Source: Octopus sinensis
Taxonomy: Eukaryota
DNA: 64,000 nucleotides
Direction: 5' to 3'
NCBI RefSeq assembly: GCF_006345805.1
Contig: NC_043004.1
Location: 59,830,001-59,894,000, forward strand
In this document: piece after piece, positions 52,139 to 64,000 of the stretch
Numbering within the stretch: position 1 is the stretch's first letter
Layout: each line of letters starts with the position of its first letter
Notes under the pieces: model-generated
The model's input: the letters and a program-made list of their open reading frames with translations, nothing else
What the model was told of the DNA's origin: nothing
Databases searched by the model: none
Made by a program: the position numbers and the translations under genes

Positions 52139-55100
52139 TTATATATATATATATATTATATATATATATACATATGTGTGTGTGTATATATATGTGTGTG
52201 TGTTTAACATCATTCCACTTGACAATAAATGAATATAAGACTAGTATGGCTGTATTCATCTTCTCGGTATGACATCCATAATGTTGCAGAGGACCACATT
52301 TGAAGAGGATGTGAGGGTTTCAAGGTTCTCAACTGGCAGGAAAGGCATCTGAAACATGCAGCACAAGTGTGCTCTAATCTACTGTCACGTACTGTAAGCC
52401 CCCCCCCCCCACATATATATATGTATATATACACACCCGCACGCACACACACACACAGAATGTGTCTGTACATAGTTAATCATTTGTGTACGCCGGTATG
52501 CCAGTTGAAAGTGCCCATGATGGCTGTTTACAAATAGATCGAATGAAACTTGCCATAGCGCGCTTCAGTTTTCGACGAACACAACTAAATTTGATTACCC
52601 AATCCTACCAATTACAACCATGGAACTTCGTCTTTACTTATGGTCAGATGCTTAGACTTGTAGAATTTTAAGTAGTTCCTCCCACTGGAGTTGTGTTGGA
52701 TTGCATTATTTCTTCTTCATGTCTTTATTAAATATGTTGAGACCTATGATTTTTAATTTTGCGCATGCTATTGTTGAGGTCTACCAACATTTTGTTTCAT
52801 CTTTTTTGTGTGTGTGTGTTTACTCTCAGAAACACATCACTAAGTTACACATGAAACTTCATAACTGTCTGAACTAAATTATGCATTTGTGGATAAATCT
52901 TTTGCGTCGTACTTAATTTGCTCTTATGTAGTAGGCCCATGTCTGCAAGTATCAAGCACATATCTCTTGTATTCATCAAACACTGAATCCTATTTTACTG
53001 CATTATGCAATGTATATTACATTTTTCTGCTTTATTTAGCGAGTCTATTGACGGTACATTTAAACGCTTATTTGTTGGTTTGTAAATGCTAAACAGTAGA
53101 GAGAAAGTGATAACAAAGGCTATTTCAACTTCAATGGCAATGACATTCAGAGAGACACCTCATTGTTATCAATTCTATCCTATATCTTCAACTGACTTTT
53201 CTTGAATCATACATGCCCAGAGGCAGATTAAGTTCAAGTAGACGTTTGCAATCTCTCTTCAAAAGAAGTAAACGACGAACAAAGATTACTAGCAAGATGC
53301 TATAAAACAGAAATACCTGGAGGAGTTTTACTTGAAGAGTATATGTGATCTTCGAGTTTGTAAATTGGAATTTTGGAATATTGAAACGTATAATGTAGTG
53401 CTTTAGAAGGAAGTATCCTCAAAATGATTGACGATTTCAAAAGCATTCTATCAGAATGTCATGAAAGTTTGAATGTGATAGGTTAACTTCAGTAAATATA
53501 ATTTGCAGCCTGTGTTCTGCAAACCGAAAGGCTTGTGACATGCTTATTTGTCAGTGTTGAACTGGTTTACTTCTTTCACGCCTTCTGCAACTGACGTGGC
53601 CATCGGATGTTTTTAATATTGTCAACTGTTTTTCAAGCTTTCAAATCTGGTTTCCGGTTTGTTTGTCTTTTCTTTCTAACTTGGTCTATCCACCCTCAGA
53701 TCTATCATAGCTGTTCTCTTTCCTTTTGCTTTGTTGTACGTCATCAGTTACTGGTACCCGCTGATTATTGTGTCATGTACAAGATTTCCTGGATGACATA
53801 TAAAGTATCTTCAACAATACCAGTTATTATCAAGAAACTCTAATTTCAGTCCCATGAGCGATAAGTGGTATGAATATATGAGCCCTACTAAAAATTCTAA
53901 GATAGTTGCATCGAAATCTGACAGTGTGTACACGTGTTGCTTGAAGGGTTATAAAACAACGACAGGATAGGGAGTTGACTATTGACTATATCTTGTTCCA
54001 GAGTAATAATATATGTACCTTGATAACAAATTTATATGTAATGAAGTTGTTCTTCACCTCTACAACTTAGGATACTATTGAAGAAACTTAAATTACTTAC
54101 GTTGGGCCTCCGCTTACAATGCAATTCCGATCTATTTACATAACTAGAATTGCTTCGACACAATTACATGAATATAACATGAAATATCTGAGTCCTATAA
54201 CACAAAGACGAAGAGAAAAGAGGGAAATGAAACGGTTAGATGCGTAGAGCAGTCAAATAACAATATACAAGATTTTTTTTTTATATGGGTGAACAATATA
54301 TTTTCTATGTAACTAAGATAAGTACAAGTTATTCGTTATTTTATTCTTTCAGCACATGTGCAAGTTATAAATTTTGTATCTGTCACGAAGTATATTTGCG
54401 ATTACGCAGAGGGATTTATAATGCATAAACAACAAATTGTCATGAAACAGTCCGTTGTTTTCTTCAAATCATACACAATTTATGATGCATATCTTCTTAT
54501 ACTTTCATTATTCTTTATAGCAGTTAGTAATAAGGAAGATAATTGGCAACAATGGACAACTACATATTTCTAAGCACTAGTAAAAGAAGAATTTAATGTC
54601 CACTGGTAAAACAGTTACAAATATTTAAAATATAGAAATAATAAATTATAACTATAACTTATTGAATTTGTGTATTTATTAAAAACACCATTCAACAAGA
54701 AACAGGATGAGATCTAGGTCATGGTTAAACAATTTCAATTGTTGAAATAAAGTTTAATTGTTTCATCATCATTAAGAATGCACCGCAACCTCAGTTCACC
54801 TAAATCATCTGTATAGCTATATCGTTCTCATGCTACCACACCCTATCATCCACACGTGATGATCAACCCACTTCACCATGACATCAGAAACTTTAATTAG
54901 CACAAACACAATTCTGTATCATCACCCATTTTAGTAATGCGAAACACCCTACCAACACATTTCCATTCTCAGTTCTGACATTGCTACATCTGCCACAACT
55001 ATAACTGCCACCACACCTCATTTCAATTCCTTTTCAGTGTTGAAACAAAGACGCATCGCTTCATATTATCATCGCTTAACCATCAAGAATAAAATAGTAT

Positions 55101-55900
55101 TATGCAAAACAATTGCCGCAGTAACCATAATAGAAGGAAAAACTAAATGCATCAAAATGACAAAATAATAAAAGCAGCCGCAATAAAAGAAATCACAACA
55201 GCACAAACAACCTGTTGTACATCAAGAAAAAAATAATAGCTACTGTCATGACAAAAGCAGGCACTGAAAGAATCATAAGAGCATTAGCAGCAACAACAAT
55301 ACTTTAGTAGTAGTGACAAAACTTAATGGAAGTTTAAATTTAATTCCTTACTAATTTACTTTTGATGAATTTTTTGAAAATTTTCCTCTTGAACATCCGC
55401 AAATAATGAGACAAATACAATACAGAAATAACAAAATAAATAAAAGATTTAGTGAAAATCAGTGAAAATAAAATAACAAAGTTGCTAAATTACTGTTGCT
55501 CATGATGTTATTACAGTTATTATTTCGATATTCACTTTACAATTTGTTGTTTTTACTTTATAAAACATATATAATTGTATGTTCTTAATTATCTTTTGTA
55601 CGTACAATCATAATGGCAGCGAAACTTTCGCCAGTAATGCTCTTTTTTTGAGTGTATATTATTATATATAGGATAACCAGATCGAATGCTACATTGAAAT
55701 TGTCAGTTCAATTTGGCGTGCTTGCTCATGCTTACGATCTAACACAACTGCACACATTACTTTCTATTATCTTTTTAATGGTTTAACTCCTTGCACGTCT
55801 GTTCTCATAAGAAAATCTTTGAAGTGGTTAGCTGGGGGGGGGGGATCAACGCTAGGAGGTGTTGTAATTTTGGTACGTATTCCTATTGAGTCAGTCACTA

Positions 55901-56238
55901 GTGCGGGCTGTGTGGTAAGTAGCTTGCTTACCAACCACATAGTTCCGGGTTCAGTCCCACTGCGTGGGTTCTTGGGCAAGTGTCTTCTACTATAGCCTCG
56001 GGCCGACCAATGCCTTGTGAGTGGATTTGGTAGACGGAAACTGAAAGAAGCCTGTCGTATATATGTATATATATGTGTGTGTGCGTGTGTGTATGTTTGT
56101 GTCTGTGTTTGTCCCCTTAGCATTGCTTGACAACCGATGCTGGTGTGTTTACTTCCCCGTAACTTAGTAGTAGACTAAAGGCGGTGCTCCAGCATGGCCG
56201 CAGTCAAATGACTGAAACAAGTAAAAGAGTAAAAGAGT
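55901..56238 (+). mobile_element. S1 SINE with internal deletion in the 3' half
   Basis: Head ggctgtgtggtaagtagc...; jumps from cgtaacttag to gactaaaggcggtgctcc; tail gtaaaagagtaaaagag. Confidence 0.9.
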
Positions 56239-57350
56239 ATAGAATATAAAATGGTGAGAAGCCAAAGACAAATGAACGCATATTCAGACACTCCTACGTA
56301 CACACACACACACATACACACACACACACAAAAAGTCCTATCTCTCTCTCTCATTCTCTCTCTCTCTCTCTCATGCATAACCGTATCATTGCAACGGTGG
56401 GTTTCGACATAGTTTCTGACTACTGAATGTATTTACGGGCTATTTTCAGTCAGTGAAAACAATTGAAATCACTTGACCAAACTGATTCGTGTTTACTGAA
56501 GACGAAATTACGTTCTTCCGTATCAGATCCTCCAGTCTCCAGGTTTTCTTGTATCTCTTAGCGACACCTCTATGATTTACATATACCTCATTATACTATT
56601 TTATGATTGAATGATACAAATTATTAAATCATAAACATACAAGACATACATTCAAAATAGACATAAATGAAAAACAGTTATATAGAATATGTAAAATTTT
56701 ACCTCTTCGAGCAAGAATTGTCAGATTTTGTGTAAAATAATTCATTATCCAAGAGGTAGAAAATATCCTAGTACATTGATGTTTATTAACGAAGTGCCAC
56801 ACAGTTACATGAGATTTATAGACATGCATGCATATGCATGTTATGCGCAAACGATGGAACTTACAATGTCGGCAGCCATTGGTTTGAAGATAATTAGGAG
56901 AGAGTACCACTTTTGCAGATACAGAGACGGCAATTGCAGGCACCGGGTGAGTAGGGTGGTTCCCTCTCAATTATGGTATATTCTATGCTGGGACTTTCAT
57001 TCCGGAGGTCTTGGAGTCTCCAGAGTAAATGAGAGACTGAGGTGGAATTCTATCTATCCATAATCATCTAAACGAGTACATACGCTGTGTGTACTTTCTC
57101 TTAATGCCATTGGCTGTCATAGTCGTGTAGTGCCTTGTGATACCATCGCATGGTGTGAGTGTGGCGCAGTAGAGTACAACACTTGAGAGACATGATACTT
57201 CTCGAAGGCAGCTCGTAGGGTCTCGCCATATAGACGAGGGAGTTGGTGGTTGTAGAGGTTCTTGTTTGTGTCGCTGTGATCCCGATCTCCTAACAGCACA
57301 ATGTGACACTAAAATTTACGTCGCTTGGAGCAGAATCAATCTGTATTATA

Positions 57351-57402
57351 TGATAATAATAACAATAATAATAATAGTAACAATGATAATAATAATAATA
57401 AC

Positions 57403-57463
<61 letters not shown>

Positions 57464-57510
57464 TAATAACAACAATGATAATAATAACAACAACAACAAC
57501 AAAAATAATG

Positions 57511-57548
<38 letters not shown>
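57351..57548. repeat. (AAT)n/(AAC) tract
   Basis: Direct reading. Confidence 0.98.
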
Positions 57549-57756
57549 CTCCACTCAAGGCAAAAGGCCCGAAATTTTGGAGGAGGTGGCCAGTCGTTTA
57601 GATCGAGCCAGTACGCAACTGGTACTTTATTTATTGACCCCGAAAGGATGCAAGGCAAAGTCGACCTCGGCGAAATTTGAATTCAGAATGTAGCGACGGG
57701 CGAAATAAGGTTAAGCATTTCGTCCAGGGTGCTAACGATTCTGTCAGCTCACCGTC
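57549..57756 (-). mobile_element. S3 SINE embedded in (AAT)n
   Basis: gaccccgaaaggatgcaaggcaaagtcgacctcggcgaaatttgaattcag...gctaacgattctgtcagctcaccg. Confidence 0.88.
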
Positions 57757-57761
57757 TTAAT

Positions 57762-57765
<4 letters not shown>

Positions 57766-57835
<70 letters not shown>

Positions 57836-58036
57836 TAACAATAATAATAATAATAATAATAACTGTTGCTGCTTATGTATTTTAATTTAACAAAAAAAAA
57901 AAAAAGAAAAAAATGAACGAACTACTGAGTTTGGTTTAATGGCCTACCAATGCTACTATGAGTTTCTTTGCCCTAGGAGTCGGGAAGACACTCGGCAAGA
58001 AATGGAAGCAAATTTGAAAGAAGAAAAAAAAGTAAC

Positions 58037-58114
<78 letters not shown>

Positions 58115-58315
58115 TAACAATAATAATAATAATAATAATAACTGTTGCTGCTTATGTATTTTAATTTAACAAAAAAAAAAAAAAGAAAAAAATGAACGAA
58201 CTACTGAGTTTGGTTTAATGGCCTACCAATGCTACTATGAGTTTCTTTGCCCTAGGAGTCGGGAAGACACTCGGCAAGAAATGGAAGCAAATTTGAAAGA
58301 AGAAAAAAAAGTAAC

Positions 58316-58380
<65 letters not shown>

Positions 58381-58412
58381 TAACAATAATAATAATAATA
58401 TTAATAATAATA
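57766..58412 (+). repeat. 279-bp tandem duplication: (AAT)n plus a 171-bp unique unit F (probable LINE 3'UTR)
   Basis: 57863-58033 and 58142-58312 read identical; unit ends ccctaggagtcgggaagacactcgg...aaaagt+(AAT)n. Confidence 0.93.
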
Positions 58413-58413
58413 A

Positions 58414-58946
58414 GTGGCTCTCGTGGCTTCTGATCTTAACTGATTGGAAGTGTTATCATGTACATTGTTTTGTCTTGGTATAAAAGATGGGCTACAGCAA
58501 ATATTCTGCTCAATACCACAGATTTGCTTGTCAGTTGTTTGACTTTAACCAGTTGAGCATGTCCCTTAGTGGCTGACAATATGTGCATCTCTGATCACGA
58601 GCAGAAGTAGTTGGGGAGCATCATAGCCATGTGTTGAGAGGGATTCTTTGGGGCTTGAATAATTCACCTCTGGAAACATGGGTGGTTCTTTCAACAACCT
58701 TAAACAACCGTTATTCAGGGACCTTTTGAGCGGGATGGGCTACTCAACCTGAAGAAGATTCTAACTGGGCCCCACCTGCAAGGTCATGTGCTGTTTATCT
58801 TGATATGAGATAACCATGTCGTGCACATATGGTTGTGATGCATGTGCCTGGTGTACCCATATCAGACGGGTAGTCATGATGGGTATACTGGGCTTCGTAT
58901 ATTTTACCCCAGTGTCACTTTGATGGCATGTACTGCTCTCTCACTC
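58414..58946 (+). mobile_element. Element E copy 4
   Basis: gtggctctcgtggcttctgatc...ctgctctctcactc+(AAT)4. Confidence 0.92.
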
Positions 58947-58958
58947 AATAATAATAAT

Positions 58959-59340
58959 GGTGCACCGCCTATGCTATATAGTTGCCGTTGCATGCCCCTT
59001 TCACCCACGAATAGTTAAAAAGGGAGGCCAAAAGATAGAGAGATGCAACACTCTTAAGTACCAAATAGTAGCGCTATGGAAAACGAAGATAGTGAAGATA
59101 GTGCTAATTATTGTTGGGACATTAGCAACACTATAAGAAGTATTCAAGAGGAATATAAAGGTAATTGGAACAGAGTGTCTAATAGAACTGTGCGAAAATT
59201 TTTGCCTCCTTGGCACGGCCAGAAGAATCAGGAAAGTATTAGCTGAAAAGAATGAACAGCATTGTACCGTAAGCTGGAGGTAGTAAGCCCACTACGCATG
59301 CAAGATTCAAGGAGCTCCAACAAAACTTGTGATAAAGAGA
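58959..59340 (+). mobile_element. R4/Dong-type LINE family G, 3' fragment (RLE end), not in the ORF track
   Basis: Manual translation: CYIVAVACPFHPRIVKKGGQKIERCNTLKYQIVALWKTK..IIVGTL..*..LCENFCLLGTARRIRKVL. Confidence 0.8.
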
Positions 59341-59671
59341 ATATATATATATATAAATGTACATATGTACAACAACAAAACATCAGGCTTCAGGATTTTC
59401 CCCCTCTACCAATTTAGGGACGATACAACCCCGAGACAACGAATAAGTAAAGAAACTCTCTTTATTACAAAATACAGGCCACTTTCTTAACGGGTCTACG
59501 ACAAACGATTAATATACCTTAACTTTAGAATAAAATAAATACACACACAAATATTACATTCCAAAGAATCCATTACTAATCAGCCCCAATCACAGCTATA
59601 ATCCATAACATGCCAACTTAAAGTCATACAACACCTCACTACTTTCACCCATTCATATTCTCCCTTCTCTG

Positions 59672-59852
59672 TGTTCTTCTTCTTCCTCTTCTTCTTCATC
59701 ATCATCATTATCATCATCATCGTCGTCATCATCATCACCACCATCATCATCATCATCATCTTCTTCTCCTTCTCCTTCTTCTTCTTCTTCATCATCATCA
59801 TCATCATCAACATTGTCATCTTCTTCTTCTTCTTCTTCTTCTTCTTCTTCTG
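59672..59852. repeat. (TTC)n/(ATC)n tract
   Basis: Direct reading. Confidence 0.95.
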
Positions 59853-60175
59853 CTCCAACTTCTACCTCTTACCTACGCAAATTCCATAAACAAACCTCTC
59901 AATAGAAATATTCTCCTGAATTGAACTGCAACTGCTAGTCTTCACTGACCATTCAAAATACAACAATCAAGGCACTCCCAAATGTTTCCACCTCCTCTCC
60001 TCATCAGCCTTCTTCTTCTTCTACCCTACCAAGAATTCACAACGACCTCGAACACACAAGTGCAAACAAGGGAGTCAGAGAAAGGCAGAATGCCACTTAT
60101 ATTTGAACACTATACAAATATTCCTTTAAAAAAACTTTTCTTTTAATTTTTCTAAATTTAATTATTTAATCGTTA

Positions 60176-60213
60176 CAGTTGAAAAGGTCTCAAAATGACC
60201 GAAACCGGCACTG
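60176..60213 (+). ncRNA. Decayed minimal hammerhead motif
   Basis: CAG-TTGAAAA-GGTC-TCAAAAT-GACC-GAAA-CCGG-CA-CTG: stems intact, three transitions in conserved core positions. Confidence 0.45.
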
Positions 60214-60260
60214 AAATGTTCTTATAAAATTATTTTAGCATTTTCTATTTTGACTTGTTT

Positions 60261-60264
<4 letters not shown>

Positions 60265-60297
<33 letters not shown>

Positions 60298-60324
60298 TAT
60301 ATAAATATATATATATATAAATAT

Positions 60325-60420
<96 letters not shown>
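60265..60420. repeat. (TA)n tract
   Basis: Direct reading. Confidence 0.98.
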
Positions 60421-60423
<3 letters not shown>

Positions 60424-60716
60424 AGGCGCAATGGTTTAGTGGTTAGGGCAGCGGACTCGCGGTCGCAGGATCGCGGTTACGATTCCCAGACCGGGCGTTG
60501 TGAGTGTTTATTGAGTGAAAACACCTAAAAGCTCCACGAGGCTCCGGCAGGGGGTGGTGATCCCTGCTGTACTCTTTCACCACTCTTTCTTCCACTCTTT
60601 CTTCTGTTGGCCTGCTCGCTTAGCCAGCGGGGTGGCGTCGTTCGAAGGCTAAAACAATACGAACGCTTTGTGACCAGCGAGTGTAACAACATCTGATGGT
60701 CTGGTCGGTCACGTGA
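60421..60716 (+). mobile_element. S2 SINE with tail 3, inserted in (TA)n
   Basis: Same head and core as 48279; tail ggcctgctcgcttagccagcgg...tctgatggtctggtcggtcacgtga; (TA)n on both sides. Confidence 0.9.
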
Positions 60717-60752
60717 TATATATATATATATATATAATATATATATATATAT

Positions 60753-60993
60753 GTTAATAAAATAGAACATATGCATATATATAAACATATATGTACGTAC
60801 CTACCTCTACATGTACATATACACGCATATATGTGTACAGGACACCAAAAAGACGTCGAACACATAGGGAGACGAAAAACATAGACACAAACCAAGGAAC
60901 AAGACAAGCAAAAAAAAGAGATACAGGACAATAAGCACAACGAAAAATCCCCTTCTTCAGTCGCTAAGGTTTCATCTACTGAACGTTTCGAAA
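60753..60993 (-). mobile_element. P1-family relic between (TA)n tracts
   Basis: Matches the left arm of the 30.5-kb palindrome; minus strand begins ttcgaaacgtt...ctgaagaaggggatttttc. Confidence 0.7.
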
Positions 60994-61016
60994 TATATAT
61001 ATATATATGTGTGTGT

Positions 61017-61064
<48 letters not shown>

Positions 61065-61802
61065 CGCGTTTGTGTGTGTGTGGAAAATGCGTGAACGGCA
61101 GAGGGCTCGTGATTCAAAAAGGCCATCTTACACACCGTTTTCTTTTAGGATGCAACGGACCGTAGAATGTTCTGTCACCTGTTCTGTAAGTTGTTCTGTA
61201 GGCAGCTGATTTCATCGTCACATACGGCACGTTATTATATATGTATTACACTGTATATGCCTATTATAAATATTAGTGAAATACAATCTATATCCCTTTT
61301 TTGCCATGGTTTGCCGTGGTTATCTATGTGACATGATGCTCATTTCCCTTTAAAAAGAGCTGTTAGTCGTCAGTAAAAACTAAATCTCAGAAACGTCATA
61401 TGAAGAATCGTATCTCTAAGAATGTTGCTCTCTTTCTGTATCTTTCTTGCTGAAATCAAAGCCAGTTCTCATCAGTAACTCTAAGATTAAAAGCATTTCA
61501 ACTATAAAACTTCGTATTACGTACGCGAAGGTAATACTGAAACATTGAGACCTAGATATCTCTGAAGATAATCAGTTTAGCCTGACAAATAAATCGAATT
61601 TTGGTATAAATGGAAAGCTGGATTCAGTTAGATGACAGAAAACCCGCGAAAAACATGAAGGGACATAGAAAAACAACTATAGAACGAGATGTTCTCTATT
61701 TGCTTGCTTTACTTGAAAGAAATTGAACTTACATCTTATTTATACTACCCTAGACATTATTGCTAAAAGTTATTGTGCACACTCGATAGTTTCTCTCCCT
61801 CA

Positions 61803-61869
<67 letters not shown>

Positions 61870-62218
61870 GAGATAGGGGTTGAAAATTCAACCCACCATG
61901 GGATAACATATATCCAATATACTGCTAGAGAGGTACCCAACAAGACTAATACATAAATGTTCAAAATTGCCATGCAATTAGTTCTTTTACTGTATTATGT
62001 GGGCAAAGGTAAAAGTATTACCGTAAATTAATACTACAATTTTATATTTTATATTTCTATTTCCTTGTCTAATTATATTTACAATATATTTTGTATAATG
62101 CCTTTACAATATATTTTGTATAATGCCTTTATGTAATGGTGTAATAAAGTATTGATTGGGTATCATCTGTTGGTTGATGTTTGATTGATTTAAGTATGTT
62201 TCTCCATTTCTAATTTTG

Positions 62219-62279
<61 letters not shown>

Positions 62280-63043
62280 AGTATATATAATCCTTTGTCT
62301 CTCAGTCCGTATGTTCCAGTGTATTCTCGAACGGCTCAAACAAATCAAATTAAATTTTACATGGTAATACAATCAGACCTATGAATGTCAACATGTAAGC
62401 TTTTCTTGTCATTTGGATTAAAACCACGAGAACGAAATCACATTTTGTAAACGACCGTGTATCTGTCTTTGAATGTATGTGTACGGGTGTATGAATGCGT
62501 ATACACCTCGCGGTGTGTCTTTCAGCGTTAGGTACATTATTAAACATACTCTATGTATGTGATGGCTGGTCAATATAATTACAAAATTTTATTCTCATTT
62601 TGACAATTTTCATTTCGATTAAAACAATATATCCGTACCTTATGAAACACACACACATCTACATATACATATACGAGAGACGTGCGTGAATGTATGGCTT
62701 GCGTTTGACTATCTTATTATATGTATGTGAGAGCTGGTCAGTGTCAGTACGAAATTTTATTTTCATTTCCATAAAAACAATATAACATTTGATAGATATA
62801 ATATTTCTGTTGTCAACAGGATATTTTATACCACAACGACAACGACATCACATTTTATATATGACTGTGTATCTATCTGTGAGTTATTTTTGTAAGTGCA
62901 TGTGTGCGTATATGTGTCATAGAGTGTCTGTCTTTCTGCATTAGGTACGTTGTTAAGGCAAGTCATTATGACTTATTTTTTCAAGTAATTCCTTACTAGA
63001 AATTCTCATGTGACTGCATAGGGTCCCTTTATACATTTTTATT

Positions 63044-63200
63044 CTACAGCCTCACCAACAATCCAATGTCAACACTTCGCCTTCTGCAACATTTCAACAG
63101 TTCACTTCCCCGTTGCCGTCTGCTATTGCAGCCCATTTCCGGAATGTACCCATTTACGTACAATATTTCCATTACACCACCATTCATTTGACTCTCATCC
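63044..63200 (-). mobile_element. Possible RTE-type APE endonuclease N-terminal relic
   Basis: Minus gaaatgttgcagaaggcgaagtgttgacatt resembles E-M-L-x-R-R-x-V-D-I; heavily decayed. Confidence 0.3.
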
Positions 63201-64000
63201 ATAAGATGGGTCGTGTTAGAAGCGGTGCTGAAGCCTGAAAGTCGAGAATATCCACTGACAGCATTTTCGGTGGGCTCAAAAGTCACATACTACCCACTCC
63301 CAATCTTCCATGAAAAGCTAGGGACTGGAATCCTCAAAACGGACGTATTACATGTCACTTATTTGAATCAGACCATTTACTCCACAAATATTTTGTCGTC
63401 AATGCTGCACATTCCCGTATTACCTGTTTGAACATAACTGTAATATAATATATACAAAATATACCAATCTAATCCCGAGAAACGCTGGGTATCTCTGCTT
63501 ATATTAGATAAAGTGTGAGAATATAAAGAAAACACGTCCCTGCCTGGAGCGACTGTTATTTTAGGTCAGCTTTATCGTTGGTAATATGGGAGTAAATGAT
63601 ATAATGCTTGTAACTAGTGATTCATTGCATCGCCAACACTTTTAGAGGAGCAATCAATCCTAATTCTACTATTGTTCACCTTTGTTTTCTTCGCATTCGC
63701 TATTTCATTTTCACAGATTCTCTGTTCTGCATATTTTCTTCTATTGCCTCTCTGCCACATGTTCACGGCACTGAATAGCCAGCATTCCTTTGTTAAACAG
63801 AATGCGTCAATTCAAGACAAGTTATCATGACTGCAACGTGTAAAACAATTAGATATTTATATGCCTCTGTGAGCGTGCAGGCATGTTAAATAAGGAGCAA
63901 TTAAGACGAACATTATTTACAAAATGAATTTCGTGAAATGAAAATTAAATATAGTTACCAAGAATAAATATGCCTGCTGTAAAGTTTTGTCGATAAATTA

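Noticed and set aside
56850-57310. GC-richer unique block, possibly a CR1-like RT C-terminal relic or an exon
   Set aside because: Only faint motif resemblance (LYCA...KRKYTQRM) with wrong spacing; not supportable without a profile search

Overview
Very AT-rich, repeat-saturated animal genomic DNA that looks intronic or intergenic. The SINE repertoire and microsatellite load suggest a coleoid cephalopod, most likely Octopus (inference from recognition, not a database hit). I cannot support any intact host gene. Almost all ORFs in the track are microsatellite read-through or transposon relics. The window contains: (1) at least five divergent protein-coding families of R4/Dong-type non-LTR retrotransposons (RT, CCHC knuckle, restriction-like endonuclease), all decayed or 5'-truncated and all ending in (TAA)n with the same strand polarity. 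Three head-to-tail stacks of them occur at about 7.8-10.9, 41.8-45.0 and 57.3-59.3 kb. (2) A non-coding element of about 530-560 bp (called E here, 4 copies) that sits in the same (TAA)n stacks. (3) Three tRNA-headed SINE groups (called S1, S2, S3 here), with nested insertions, clean TSDs and swapped 3' tails. (4) Penelope-like relics beside (TA)n tracts, with fold-back palindromes and several hammerhead-ribozyme motifs, one with a fully intact core at 47441-47526 on the minus strand. (5) Tc1/mariner relics (DD37D maT-like, DD34D mariner-like, a TA-flanked MITE) and RTE fragments. The most promising leads are the multi-family (TAA)n landing-pad system with its non-coding passenger E, and the hammerhead-bearing (TA)n-associated elements. 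Both belong to known element classes; whether these particular families are described cannot be judged without a search.
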